A stretch of DNA of 64,000 nucleotides from Chloropicon primus. Lineage: Eukaryota. The stretch covers positions 434,001 to 498,000 of the forward strand of contig CP060767.1 in assembly GCA_023205875.1 (NCBI GenBank). Reading direction: 5' to 3'. The position numbers and the translations under genes are program-made. Below are positions 42,670 to 55,528 of the stretch, one piece after another (the stretch's first letter is position 1; every line of letters begins with the position of its first letter). The notes beneath the pieces are model-generated. The model saw only the letters and a program-made list of their open reading frames with translations. It did no database searches and was not told where the DNA came from.

Positions 42670-44323
42670 TCACAATTCACTTTCCGGGGAGTGAAGAATC
42701 TTGCCGCTCGTGAAGAGGAGCTTCCCCCTGCTGAAATGAAAGCGGGGGCCGTTGGTGTACAAAACGTGGCTAATGACGCAAATCATGAGCATGTAAAGGC
42801 ACGTGGTTGCCACGGCGAGCGCAGGTTTCACCTCCAGAGTATTGCCCATGGAATTGACAAGTCCCACCAGCAAGTTTGCCACAATGAAGGTAACGAACGC
42901 GAATTTGTTGACGGCCCTGAACAGGTGCAGCTTCTGGTATTGATCGAGCACCAGCCTGGCTAGGTAGCACGTGCAAAGCCAGGTGAGGTTATTCGCTAGA
43001 ACCCAAAAAATGTACGCCGCGTTCACAGACCGTCTCGAAACTCTCTCCAACGAGGCATCCAGAAACCAGCCAAGGCCCCAGCACACGGCAGTGAATGCGA
43101 TTGTGCAGTACACGTGCGTGTAGACCGTACTCCTCTTCTGGTCCTGTGTGGTACGTCGAAGCTCCGTAAGGGTGCGCATTTTTGAGAAGCAGGCAAAAAA
43201 TCTTGCCAAACAGTGCAGACTCGCGTAGCCAACAAGGCTGATGATCCCTTCCTTGTTCAGGGAGAAGAGATTGCCCCAGTCTCTGTCGTGCGTGTTAACG
43301 TAAGCGTTCACTCCAAAGGCGACAAGGGCAGTTTGGTAGGAAACCGCGATGGTGATGCCAAGGAGTCCACATGCTTTGGTTGGAATCGCCAGGGCGAATA
43401 GCTTGACGACCGCCAGCGTCAGGAAAAAGTTCCAATGCACTCCATACTCCCCCACATGCTCGTGATAGGAGATCGCCTTCACTGCAATGATTCTTAGCAT
43501 GCCAACTGCTGCCAACTGGAGTGAATTCCAAAGCCCCTGCTTCTTGCCATCGCCTAGGAGGCCTCTGCCCTTGCTTGGCGTGTCCGCCCTCGTAAAGAGG
43601 GCGTCAGAAACGATGAAGGACCCAACCCCAACGTCCATGAGGCCAGTGCCGTAGTGCTCCGCCTTTGCAAACCGCCTCGGAAAGATCTGCGAAGCACGAT
43701 GATTCCCACCAGTCAGTCAGGCACTCCGCGAACACACTCGTAGACGACGACGAGGGCGACGGGCGGGCTGACGAGCTTACCTTGAAGTCCACAGCCAGAA
43801 TGCTTATGAAAGTATACAGGCAGAGAATGGACCGATACTCTGTAAGGGAATCCCATACAAACGAACTGGATTGGATCACGTCGACAGGCGCCTTTCTCGG
43901 CGGAGGAGAAGAAAAACTGCCCGGACTTCCATTGCCATAACGTTTCTCCTTGGCGTGTCCGAGCACCTGCTGAGTCTGCTTCGTTCTCACAACACCGACG
44001 CAAGCAAGAATCAAAAGCATGACGCACATCTCGCCACTGTGGTCAGAGAGCATAGTCAGCCCCAGAACTCCCGGCACGACGACGGCGGCGAAGTCCACCA
44101 GCAGGGCTCTCCAAGTCTTCTCCTCCTCCCGCAGCGCAAGAGGTGACTTGCTCGGGTACGGGAAGCACCCCGACACACTCTTCCGTAAGATGAACGCACA
44201 TGGTATAATCAAAGTCACCACCAGTACTTCCTTGAACGTTGTCCCCTCCAGGTTGCTCACGAAGTTCTCCTTCAAGGCCTTCACGTCCCCCAGTTTCTCT
44301 AACCGTACGAACCAACCCATCAT
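42670..44323 (-). CDS. PIGW: GPI inositol acyltransferase PIG-W/GWT1; intron 43687-43780
   Basis: KENFVSNLEGT, ILAVDFK|IFPRRFAK..YGTGLMDVGVGSF, EYGVHWNFFLTL, NKEGIISLVGY, VSRR. Confidence 0.95.
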
Positions 44324-45482
44324 TCATTCCATCCATTCATTCCATCCATCCATTCATTCATAAGCAAGCGAGCAAGCGGATCCACAACAAAACAACCGTC
44401 CCTCCTCTTCAAAACACAAACGCACACACACCCTGTGATGAGTCAAGATGAGTCACGAACAAGAGGAAGGTGGAGTCATGAACATGAACATGAACATGAA
44501 CAAACAGTCAGTTTGTGTTCAGTTTTGGTTTAGGGTTTTGTTTGACCTCCGACGAATGGTGTTTTTCTTGGTTCACGTTCCAATCGGTCGGATCCGTCGG
44601 ACGCGAAGAGGATGAGGATGAGGATGAACCTTCCGCTTCTTCCACGAATGGTCACGGCTCGTCCGTTGCTTCACTCACCTCAACTACCTCAAATGCCTCA
44701 CCCCGTCACCGTACGCTGTCCTTGGACAAAGGAAAGGCTCGTTCGAAAGAGGAAGAGGAAGACGATCGCAAGTGATCGATCGCGAGTCGCGAGTCGCGAT
44801 GATCGCGCCCTCTTGCCTCTCCACTCCACCGCCGCTACCTCCTCGATCGCGGCGCCCCGTTCGCGTTCTGATCGCTTGATGATCAATCGTAGTTTTTGGC
44901 GGGGAACGAGGAGAATGGCGATCGCGATCGATCGCGCTTTGATCGTTATGTTATCGTCTCGTGGGTGGCGCAAGGTGGAGTTGGGGTGGAGGAGAGGGTG
45001 ACAAGTCGAAAGGATACATCGCGAGCTTTCGTTTGATACCTCGCTTGCCCTGTGATTCGTTTGGAGGAAGGAGCTTGGAAGCGGAGAAGAAGGATTCCAT
45101 CGTCGTCGTCCGAAGGAGAGAGAGGCAGTAGCGAGGACGAGGGAGAGGGAGAGAGGGGGGGGGAGGAGAAAGCAGCGGGAGGACGGGATACGTGTCGTCG
45201 CGATCTTTCGATTGAGTGGTCGCTTGACTCGTTTGGCGTCCGAAGCGAGTGATGGAAGAGCAAAGTCGGGATTGCGAGGACAGTGACGTGACCATCAGCG
45301 GGAGGAGGGGAGAGGACAGCGGTGCGGTGGGGTGACCAACGCGTGGTGTCAAACGAAACGGAGCGCCGTCTCCAGGGCTTTCGGTTGGTGTCAAACTCGC
45401 TTGACTTGGCTCGTGCTGGAGTCCGCTTTGTTTGCTGAGGAGGGAGAGCGAGGGAAAGGAAAGGAAAGGGCGAGGCGTGAAG

Positions 45483-46189
45483 ATGAAGACGTTACCGAAG
45501 AGAGCGAATCGGGGGAAGGGTCCAGAGAGGCTGTCGACGGACGCGGCGTGGTCCATGGTGATGGAGAAGATGGTGCTGAACAGGAACAAGAGGAAGAGTA
45601 GGATTGAGAAGGGGCAACCGTCAAGGCGATACAGGAAGTTAGCTTCGATAGCGCTTCTGATACGGTGAGTCTTTTTGTGGTTTTGAAACGTCTTGGTGGC
45701 CGGGTCTAACTCTTTGCTTGGTTCTGGTTTTGAAGGCGAGGTGGGAACAGCAGGGTGCTGGGGGACATCAAGTTGACTCCCGTGGACCTGAACCCAGGGG
45801 AGAGAAAAGCTCAAATCATCCGAGACCGGACGTACCTCCTTCTGCCCTTCGCGGGCGACAAAGGGGCAAAATTGGGTCAGCGAGACGCTGTAGGTGCAGC
45901 AGTCATCGCAAGTGCGAAGGCGAGAAAGAGGAGCGTGGGTCAGTCGCCTCAACTCTCAAAAAGGGTTGAGGGAGCCGTTTTCTCTCTCCTCAACAGGAGA
46001 CGCAGTGTTATGTCCGAGGAGTCACTTCAGGAGTCGTCTTCAGTATCGGTGGTGGAGATCCTGTCCAGCGATGAGGAGGCGGAGGAGGTACAGAGCGAGA
46101 AAGTCTGGTGTGACCTCGACAGCATCAAACCTGCAGACCTTCGAAAGATGGTCGACGAGGATAATAATAATGTACCGATGAAAATGTAG
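45483..46189 (+). CDS. Hypothetical small basic protein (possible intron 45665-45753)
   Basis: A GTGAGT donor and a CAGCAG acceptor join two ORFs in frame (..LLIR|VLGDIK..); no recognised domain. Confidence 0.35.
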
Positions 46190-46644
46190 ACTAGAGCGTT
46201 GTCTCGCACGTCATGTGGAAGAGGGACGGAGAAGAGAATATGGGTGTGTCGGGGCGCGATGATTCACTCCTTGTATACGTGGTTTCGTTTTAAGTAGAGG
46301 AAAAGCGTACATCATCTAAGAGCAAGATAAAATTATTTTCTGCACCAGCCTCGTGTAAGATACAAGTTTCTTCTCCGCTTGGCAGGGTGAAAAGAACAAA
46401 AGTTTCCTCCCACGTTCAAGGAAGAAAGGGAGCTTCCTGCCGCCGCCATGCTCCTCCACATGTTATCAACCCCTCCTCGTCTGCATTTCTGTGAAGAAAA
46501 ATAGACTGAAACCAAAACTAAAACCAGGCGGCGGTGTGCACACGCGCCCCCAAAGACTCGGAGGATATGACAATATAGAGGAGGTCTAAGCGGCGCGAGA
46601 GAGACTTCTGAGTGCAAGTACCCATCTCCTCCTCACAGCCGGAA

Positions 46645-48417
46645 TCAGTGGAGCTCGTTGTCCGTCTTCTCGCACTCCGTCTCCGTCATGTCTTGATCGC
46701 CATCTCCAATGTCCTTCACTTCTACGTTGATTCCGCTGGAATGGACCTTTCTCGCTTCAGCGATCTGCCTCATGACCGCAAGCAGCTCGGGGTAAACCTC
46801 GACGATGTCCTGGAAATCTATCTTGTCGAGGGTGTAGAGCTTCGTCCACGTAGTGCACTTTGCAGTTCCCGTTCTCGTCTTGATCTCGTCGAAGATCATT
46901 GGGAACTCGCCAAAGTAACTGCCGTCGGACAAAGTTGTGATGAGGTTGCTCTCCTTGCTCAGGATCTGCACCTCGCCCTTCAAGATGAAGTACATCTCCT
47001 CCGCCATCTGGCCCGCGATGTAGACCACCTCGTTGGCCAAGCAGCTCATCGGCTTCAGGTTCGAAACCACCGTTCTCACAATCGCTGGATGGCAAAGCTT
47101 GAAAATAGGCACCCTGTTGAGCAAGTACTCGGATCGGAACATCTTAATGTCGCCAGAGAGACCCCTGGGAAGCTGCGAAAGCAGCTCATTCTCTTCGAAC
47201 ACCTTCCTGGTGTGCCACCTGTGTTCGAAGTACTTGAAGACTCTGTCTCTAATCTCCTTTGGAAGTTGTCTGTACTGCGAGTACTGCCTCCAGATGTCGA
47301 TCTTCTCCTTGAAAGCAGCACCGGAATGATCCATGGACAAAACGATGGAAGCAATGATACCGACGAGGACCACATAGAACGAGGCCCCCACAACCATCGA
47401 GAGAATAGTGATGAAGACCTCGGCGTCTGTGAAAGGAGCAGTGGATTCACCGTGAGACCCGTAACCAATGCAAAGCATATGCGAAAGGGCGTTGAAGACA
47501 GCAACAGTGTATTTTGTTGATGGCTTGGCAAACTCCAGATCATTCCTCGTCACCCAGGACTCCTCTGGGAACTCCTCGATCCTTGCGGCGAGATACTGTA
47601 CACACGCGTTCGTGTGGGCGAACAGCAGAATGACGCCCACTAGCTTTCCCACCCGGAGAACGTTTGCGTCCACCTTAATCTGATCCTCCCACTTTGAGAT
47701 GTATGAGACCAGCCTTGGCAGCCTAAACATGTTTCTAAAGATGGACTCTAAGCGAAAGACCAAACTCGTTTGCCCGTACCTCAAGCTCCTATTCAGGAAC
47801 ATCAACATATCTATCGGTGTGCTGCTGTACAGGTCAACGATAAACCTCTTTCTCAAATAATGCCTCCTCACTTGCTGAACTCTCATCTCAATCATTCCAC
47901 CGTCATTGTACCCCGTGTGAAAGTTCATGACCAGGTCTATAATGCAAACCAGGTTGATCACCTTGTCCAGGACGTACAGTCCATCCACCTGTCCAGACCG
48001 AAAGGCGCAGTACAGAGGCCAGTAAGCGAGCGAGAACAACACCGTAACAATAAAGAGGCCATCCCACTTTGCTCTAGCCCCGCCCTTTGGCTGAAAAGCA
48101 ACTTGCGCCACGTCCGAGTGTTTTCCATCGTCATCCAGGTTATAACTCGTCCCGAAAATTAGGGACAACACGTCCCTCTTCTTGCCGTCCAGCTGCAGGG
48201 CACCGAGTTTCGCTTGCTCTTCCAACTTGCTTGGACTGGACGAGAAGCTTATCCTTTCATTGTCCACGAGGGCCGACCCCTCGTCCCCGGAGTCTTTCGT
48301 GTCCTTCACAGAAGGCGCAGCCCTTTCCTCAATCTCTCCACTGATGCTAAAGGTCTTGATGGAAGAAGACCGACCAGGCCCCTCGTCCTCCTTTTTGTTC
48401 TGTGTCAAGTGAGCCAT
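46645..48417 (-). CDS. HCN-like cyclic-nucleotide-binding cation channel
   Basis: 6TM ion-transport domain, pore LSHMLCIGYG, C-linker, CNBD LSDGSYFGE...RT. Confidence 0.9.
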   Translation of the reverse strand: MAHLTQNKKEDEGPGRSSSIKTFSISGEIEERAAPSVKDTKDSGDEGSALVDNERISFSSSPSKLEEQAKLGALQLDGKKRDVLSLIFGTSYNLDDDGKHSDVAQVAFQPKGGARAKWDGLFIVTVLFSLAYWPLYCAFRSGQVDGLYVLDKVINLVCIIDLVMNFHTGYNDGGMIEMRVQQVRRHYLRKRFIVDLYSSTPIDMLMFLNRSLRYGQTSLVFRLESIFRNMFRLPRLVSYISKWEDQIKVDANVLRVGKLVGVILLFAHTNACVQYLAARIEEFPEESWVTRNDLEFAKPSTKYTVAVFNALSHMLCIGYGSHGESTAPFTDAEVFITILSMVVGASFYVVLVGIIASIVLSMDHSGAAFKEKIDIWRQYSQYRQLPKEIRDRVFKYFEHRWHTRKVFEENELLSQLPRGLSGDIKMFRSEYLLNRVPIFKLCHPAIVRTVVSNLKPMSCLANEVVYIAGQMAEEMYFILKGEVQILSKESNLITTLSDGSYFGEFPMIFDEIKTRTGTAKCTTWTKLYTLDKIDFQDIVEVYPELLAVMRQIAEARKVHSSGINVEVKDIGDGDQDMTETECEKTDNELH

Positions 48418-49922
48418 CTTCCCCTATGACTATATAAGTATTCCCCACGGTCTCAAACCACAAGACAGCCCCTTCTAGCTTCTATTCTCAGAGTAGTATC
48501 TTCAGCACTTGATTCCGTCCGTGCTTGAGCATGTCTTTGCTCCACAACCTAGAAGCTCTTCAACTTCTGTCCTCCTCTCTCTTCTCCTCCACTTCTTGTT
48601 TCCCCAATGCCCCGACAAAAAAGCCAAAGGTCTCCTGGGCAGGCAGCAAAGTCCACGTCCGCTCGGTTCACACACGCTGCGCCGCTCCTTGGGTTGAGAA
48701 TTCTGCAGGTGTTGACTCAAGCTCTTTGGGTTTTTTCCCGTCACTTGAACCTCAAACGTTTTTTTCTTCTTGTCAAACTCAACCTCAAACCACAACAAGA
48801 AGATGGGTCTTGCCTCGAGACAACTCACAGTCTCTCGAGAGTTTGACTTGCAGTGGATAGACGCGCACAGACCAAAGTGTTTGGCCTTTCCCACGCACGA
48901 ACACGCACGAGCAAAGTGTGTGAAGCCTTCCAAAGTCGGCGGGTCTAGAGCAAGAGAAAGAGAGAAAGAGAGAAAGAGAGAAAGACAAGTCCAAGGTCTT
49001 GGCGTCAACCCTTTGGCCCGTCCCCTTGGTGCTCCTCCAGTTCCACGGTGTGAGATTCTCACACTTTTCTCGAACAACCCACGGACACCTTCGCTTTCGA
49101 GTGGAGGACTAATACCATAACCAACTTCCAGGTGTTCGACTGCGAAGAGGAAGAGGAAGAGATAGAGAAAGGAAGAAAAGAGCCACGCGACCTCGCCAAC
49201 GAGCTTCACAACCACCTTACTGAAGAGGGCGAGGGAATCTTCCACGAGCAAAGAGGAACGAGGAACGAGGAACGAGGAAGACCCTAGGAGAGAAGGAAAG
49301 GAAAAAGAAAACAAGGAAGAAAGAGGAGAGGAACACACGCCTCGTTCTTGTTGGAGTAGAGATTCCATACGATTGGAATACGATCCGATTGTGCGCTCGC
49401 AACGGCTCGATTCACTGGACGAACGCCATCGCCATCGCCATCCATCCCCTCCTCCGTACTCCTGTCTTGTTACGACACAACAACCAAGGAGGAAAAGAAA
49501 AAGAGAAAAGAAAACAAGGAAGAGAAAAGAAAGAGGAACACACGCCTCGTTCTCGTTCTCGTTCTCGTTCTCTTCTCTTCTCGTTCGCTCGCGCGCTCCT
49601 CGAACTCTACACCTGTCGAAATTTCCGCTTTTCTCTTGAGGGGAACGGCCAAGCCAGAGCGTAGGCCAAACCCAAGGCGCACTTGGTGTATCGGAGTCAC
49701 AACCGGCCACAAGCACCCGCCCACGCATACGCATACACCTCCGTGCCTCACTCACTCACTCACTCTCACACACACACACACACTCCTCTTGCGTGCCTGT
49801 GTTGAGAAGAGACGACGCAGGGAACTGAGGAGTATTAGTGGTGGTGTTGACTTGAGAGAAAGGTGTCAAGTGGTTTGCTTGGCTGTCCTGGTGGCTGTGG
49901 GTGACTGCTTGTGTCCAAGGAG

Positions 49923-52900
49923 ATGGCAGAGGACGGGGAAGAGAATGTGGCAGGTGGACCGGAGGGGGAAGACCCTCCTGTTGCTGCTGAGGAAGTCGCC
50001 CCAGTGCTGGAGCAGAGCGTCAGGCTACGGTAAGTGCTTTGTCAACAACGCAAGAAGTCCTCACAGAACGAATGGAAAGAGACGAGGAAGAGAGAGAGAG
50101 AGAGAGAGAGAATTCTTTGTCTTTGTCAGATGATCTCTGACCAATTGCCACCACAACTTCGCAGCATAACGTTCCGGTGCGAGAGAGAGGTCGCCCTGCC
50201 AAAGCAAGAGGAAGGGGACGCCAGCAAGACAGAGTCGCCGGGCGAGGAAGGGGAAGAGGAGAAGCCGGAAGGGGAGAACGCCGAGGCGGATCCCGAACCC
50301 AGCGTCTCGAGCATCGCCGTGAAGTGCTCTGTGCCTCTGCCTGGATCATCCGAGAAGAGTTTCAACGTCACCTTTGACGGCGACGAGGACAGGTCCTCCA
50401 AAGTTGCAGAGGAGTGCTTCGACTTCACCTCGAGTGAAGACTTCGTTCGCTTCTTCGTTTCCAAGGGTCACACGGCGAAGATGTCAATGTCCTTTGATTG
50501 TGGCGGAAGGGCGGTATCCCAGGACGAATCGTTGGACCTGAGCGGCTTCCTGGTGGGCGACAAGGTCAAGAAGTTCGTGATCGCTGGACCCAAGCCACTG
50601 AAGAAGGCGTTGGTGCAGTTTCACATGGAAAAGTTGGCGGAGGTTGCTGACCAGGGAGGGGAGGAGGAGAAGAGCGAAGGGGAGGAGCAAGAGGCGGCCT
50701 CCAAGTACGTCCCTTGCGGAATGCTGACGCCGGATTTGGTCGACCTCCTGAACCCCTTTGTTTTCAAGATATCCCAGCTCGAGAGTTTGCCCGACAGGCC
50801 GGCCACGAGGCAGCAGCTCGACGAGCTCTGCGAGCCGGTTAGCATCCGTTACACCTTCTTCGACACTCGTAGGCCCGATGACGTGAATGCTTCCGTGGAG
50901 GAGAAGACTGGGACGCCGCTTGGTTACGGCAAGGAGGTTTGGTACAAGGGCCTGGAAGCCGGTGAGTGGAGTGCCAACGATGTGAAGACGATGAGCTACA
51001 GGGACGTGAGTGTCAGCGGCACGCGAGTGTACTTTCTTGGGGATTGTGACGAGGACGAAGTGTTCAAGCATTTTTTCTACGACAAGATCCCCGTGGAAGT
51101 CCACGACAGGCTTCCGACGCCGGAGGACATCAAGGTCGTGAGGACAGCGAGTCAGGAGGAGGGCGAGGAGGTGGGGTCGCCAGAGGCCGAGGCCGGTGTC
51201 GAGGCTGGGGAGGAAGCCAAGTCCAAGGGGGAGGGGAATGAGGACTACAAGACCTACGTCTGTGGTTTGGCGCACATCAGCCTGAGGGAGTTCTGCATGG
51301 GGTACACATCGTACGAAAACAGCGTGAACATCTTTCCTTACACTTCAATCAGGGGAGGCGCGGATTTGGATTGGAAGACGAGGCCGGGCCGCTACGTGGA
51401 GAGCGGTGCCCAGGTTTCCTACGTTTGCAGGCTCGCAAAGTCCCTCAAGGACGCGGGAAGGCACAGGTACTTCCAAAGGGCCGTCTTCCTTCTGGACTAC
51501 AACGACAACCTCCTCCTTCGATCGGTTTTGGACCTTGTGACGGCCGTGAACCAGGAGGCCCTGAGACTTAGAGGAAGCAAGGCCCTGATTTTGCAGACTT
51601 TGGCCACCTACAAGTTCGAGGAAGAGCAAGCCAAGAGCACAAGTCTCGACGTCCTCACCGGGTTTCAGATCATAGACGACAGGATGAGGCTGATTGTGAT
51701 AGAGGGCTTGAAGAACGGAGCGATGGCTCACGTGAGAGACCTCGTGGAGGCTACCACGAGTAGCACTTCCTACCTCGAGGGGCAGAAAGAAAAGCAGAAG
51801 AAGGACTTGCAGTTCACCATCAAGGACTTCGAGAAGGGGGGCGTGAGGAAGCACTTGCTGTACAACCCGGCGCTCTGCTACTCGAAGAGACTCTACACGT
51901 CTCTGGGGGCACAGATTCACCCGATCAAGCTTTCGGCTCCTCTTGCACATATCATGGCAAACTGTCATACTCACTCGGGCAGGAAAGTGAGGGAGCAGTG
52001 CAGGGAGGGCCTCATCAGGCTGAACAACCTCTGCAGGATCACTTGGTTGAGGCAAGCGGACAGAATGCAACTGCTTCCGACAAGTGAGATGCTGAACTTC
52101 ATCGACAAGAAGTTTGGCGGGGAGCTCACGAAAAAGGATGAGGAGGGCGTCCTGCAGAGTGTGGAGGGAAGCCAGCCAAGCATGGCCGAGAACAGCAGCG
52201 ATCTCTCCCTGACGAACTTCTTGAGCGCGAGGAAGATGCAGTTCGAGCAAGAATCGAGCAAGAGTCCTAAATCGAGCGGAGCAAAGCAGGACTTAGGCGG
52301 CAAGTCCACTCGTTATTCGTACTCGAAGCCGATCCTCGACTTCAACAACAAGGAGTTCGAGGAAGAAAGGAAGAGGAGGGAAGAGAAGAGGAAGGAGAGG
52401 AACTTCTTGGACGAATACATCAAGCAGCTGCCCGAGATCGAAAAGATGGCTCAGAGCATCAGGGACGAGTGGTTCGCTTGGAACCCCCAGAGGCTCAAAA
52501 CGCTCCAAACGCCCCTGCACGCCATCAGAACGATGAGAGCCTTCGATACCTCTCCGAAGAAGTTGTTCGGGTCCGCCTCAGAGAAGAAGAAGGTGGACGA
52601 GAAGAAGGTGGATCATAGGCCAGAGTTCATTTTCCCGGCGCCAAAGAACCCATGGGAGTATAACGCTCACCCCAAACGGCCCACCAAGGCCAGGATCGAA
52701 GAGCTCCAGCAGCCCTGGATCGAGAACGAGTTTTACGGGTCCCTCGTGAGGTACGACGACGAGAGCGACATTGTGCCATTCAAGACTATCATGCCCGCGC
52801 CCGCGATATTGGAAAAGAATCCGGACTTCTTCACCAGCGTTCACCTCTGCGGAGAGGGTCTGATCAAGGAGCAGGAGGAGGCCAAGCAGCAAGAGATCAA

Positions 52901-53210
52901 GAAATGGGAATCGAAGGTTGTGGTGGATGATCCACACTTTTACTCGATCATCAAGTCGAGGAAGCAGGTGAGCCAAACGGACAGGAACGAGATCACGCTG
53001 AAGGGGACCCCCATGAAGAAGGGCTTCAAGATTTCCCATGCCAAGCCTCTGCCGACGTCCATGCACATCAACGAGCCCTACGAGGAAGGGGACGACCAGT
53101 TCCTGTTCAGAAAGGTGGACCCCACCAAGTTCAAAGGCAGCAAGGACTTTGCGAGGTACATCATGCGTCACCCCACTATGATCTCCAAGCCACCTGCAAA
53201 AAAAGGGTGA
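49923..53210 (+). CDS. CFAP92: CFAP92/KIAA1257-like cilia-associated protein; intron 50030-50164
   Basis: LLNPFVFKI..LESLP, VEVHDR, FQRAVFLLDY, LDVLTGFQIID..RLIVIEGL, KRLY...IKL..PL recall this family. GTAAGT..CTGAC..GCAG intron keeps the frame. Confidence 0.65.
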
Positions 53211-53310
53211 AATCATCCTAAACGTTATTGTAAAACACGAGTGAGTTGAGAATCACAACCAAAGATTGAGATTGTTTACGAGAGTTAGAGGGCCTTCTGC
53301 CACGATTCGC

Positions 53311-54802
53311 TCACTTGTCATCGGCCAGCAGGTCCTCGAGTCCCCACAGCGGATCTGGCGATCCCCTCTTCTTCGCGAAGTCATCGTGGTTTGGGTCGAA
53401 GATTTCCATGTCCTTTATGTTGTCAAACTGCTCCTTCCTTGACAGTTCATACTCATCGGCCATGCCATCCAGCTCCGCGAGAAATGCCTCGCTCACTTTC
53501 CTGCCAGTCACCCGAGCCATCTCCTCCCACAAGGACCTCTGCCTCGGGTCGTGCAGGGTGACAGGGGCCTTGGAGTCCCCCTGAGATGCTTCAAGGGGTT
53601 TCGCCAGAACAGAGGCTTCCAGGTGAGGCTCAAGGAGCTCGACTTCCACGGGGAACCTGTACACGTGGCGACCGGATCCCCCGTACCTCTGCAGTCTCAG
53701 GGCGTGAACCTTGACAGTCACTTCCTTGTCTTGTCCGAAAATCTCATCGAATTTGTCCACCCCAAGAGACTCCAGACACTTTGAGTCGAGGCCCCTTGAG
53801 TCCTGGTGATGATACATGGGGATAAGGCCGGCAATGTTCGCTCCCAGGTCCACCAAGACCCCTTGCTGCACGTGCGCCCCCATCACCTTTCCAGTGATCT
53901 CCTGGCCCAACGTCAAGGTTTGCTCGGCACCAGGAGCATCGCGTATCGTGGGGCAAAAGGGAGTGAAGACATCGTTCAAGCTTGTCTCAAAATCGTATTC
54001 CTCTGGTCTGTAGTCCTGGACCTTGTCGCATTCTATCTTCAAAGGAAAGCCGGTATCCGGCATATCTGAGTTGCGAAACCAGAACTCGATCTCAACACAA
54101 ACAAGTACAGATGGATCGCACGCGACGTCAGCCCAACACAGCCGAAAGCAAAGGAAACACACACAAGCACACACACACACACACACACACACAAGCCTGG
54201 CTTACCTCCCTCTCGTCAGTCACGCCCGAGTTCAGCAGCTGCTCCGCCTCTTCCACCCGATGGGTCACGTCCCCCTCGTACGGCGGGAGCGTGTCGTACT
54301 CCACGTACGCTCTCTCTCCCACATCCTCTGGAAATATCTGCCTCTGCAGCCTCGTTCCGTAGAACGACTCCGGGAACACCGCTTCCCTCAGCTTGTCTTC
54401 GACCACCCGAGGATCCCTCTCCCTGTACTTCTCCCACTCGCTCCCCCCAATGTAATCGCTCACTCTCTCGGCCTTCCTGTCCCTGTTCAGCAAAGGGGTA
54501 TCCTCCGAACCCACAGCGTCAAACTCCTCGGCGGCGGTACTCTCCTCCTCCCTCTCCTCACCCAAACCTCGACATCGCAATGCAGCAGAAGGCCGACACC
54601 TTCCCCACCGCATTCCCATTCCCATTCCCATTCTCATCACCTTGACCTTGACCTTGACCTTGACCTTCCATCCTCGCTGCTGCACCTCACACCTTGCCAC
54701 CTTGCAGGTTGTTGTTGAGGAAGCAGATGCAGGAACACAGCAAAGCGTTCCCCTTCTCCTCCGCACAACGAACTCCCGACGACGATGAACGAATCCCTCC
54801 AT
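53311..54802 (-). CDS. Plastid S1-domain RNA-binding protein, pTAC10/PAP3-like; intron 54091-54205
   Basis: Transit-peptide-like N-terminus; S1 GQEITGKV...GVLVDLG...GLIP followed by YRFPVEV and ARVTGR. Confidence 0.6.
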
Positions 54803-55528
54803 CACGACACCGAACAAAACAAAACCGAAACCAAAACCGAAACCGAAACCGACAAAGACGGAGCAAGGGTTGGGGATGGGGATGCTATGCTGCTGCTGAC
54901 CTGCGTCGTCTGGTTTCGTTCTCGTCCAGTCCACCGCGCGGGGCGGTGACGGGGGAAAAGAAAACAAGAAAAACAAGAAGAAGAAAAGCGGCAAGTGTTG
55001 GGCCGAATCCCTCGACGTAGACGACCGGGTGACACGCGCGCGCCTTCGGTCTCGGTCTTCCTTCGTCTCAGTTGGCGACGCGATCCTTATCCAAAAAAAA
55101 AAAAAAAAAAGTGAAAAAAGGGGGGAACGAGGACGAGGACGAGGACGAGGACGATGGAGGGCAGCTATCCATTGAAAGCCCCAGTGGGATGCAGATGACC
55201 ATGACCATGCCATAGCCATCACTTTTGTCGTCGTCCACTTGTCTTACATGAGGGTGGCGACCTCTTTGGATCGGCATCAGCGAGGGAGGGCGACGAACGA
55301 CGACGGTGTCTCGGAAGGAAGGCGTCGGCTGGTTTGTCCTTGTTCGGTGTCCCCCCCCACACACACACACCACACACACACACATCTGTCAAGGAGCACA
55401 GCAGTTGCTTGTCCTTGTTGTCTTGTTTGAGAAGAAAAAAAGTAATCTTACAGTTATAAAAGTCCCCTTCCCAAAGTTCTAGCAGGCAACGACGAGCCCG
55501 CGGTTCCTTCATGCTATGGCTCTCCCTC

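Noticed and set aside
44500..45480. Several short ORFs
   Set aside because: No consistent frame, codon bias or recognisable domain.
48502..49755. 417-aa minus-strand ORF upstream of the channel
   Set aside because: Low-complexity purine/pyrimidine tracts, no domain; more likely 5' UTR, intron or promoter.
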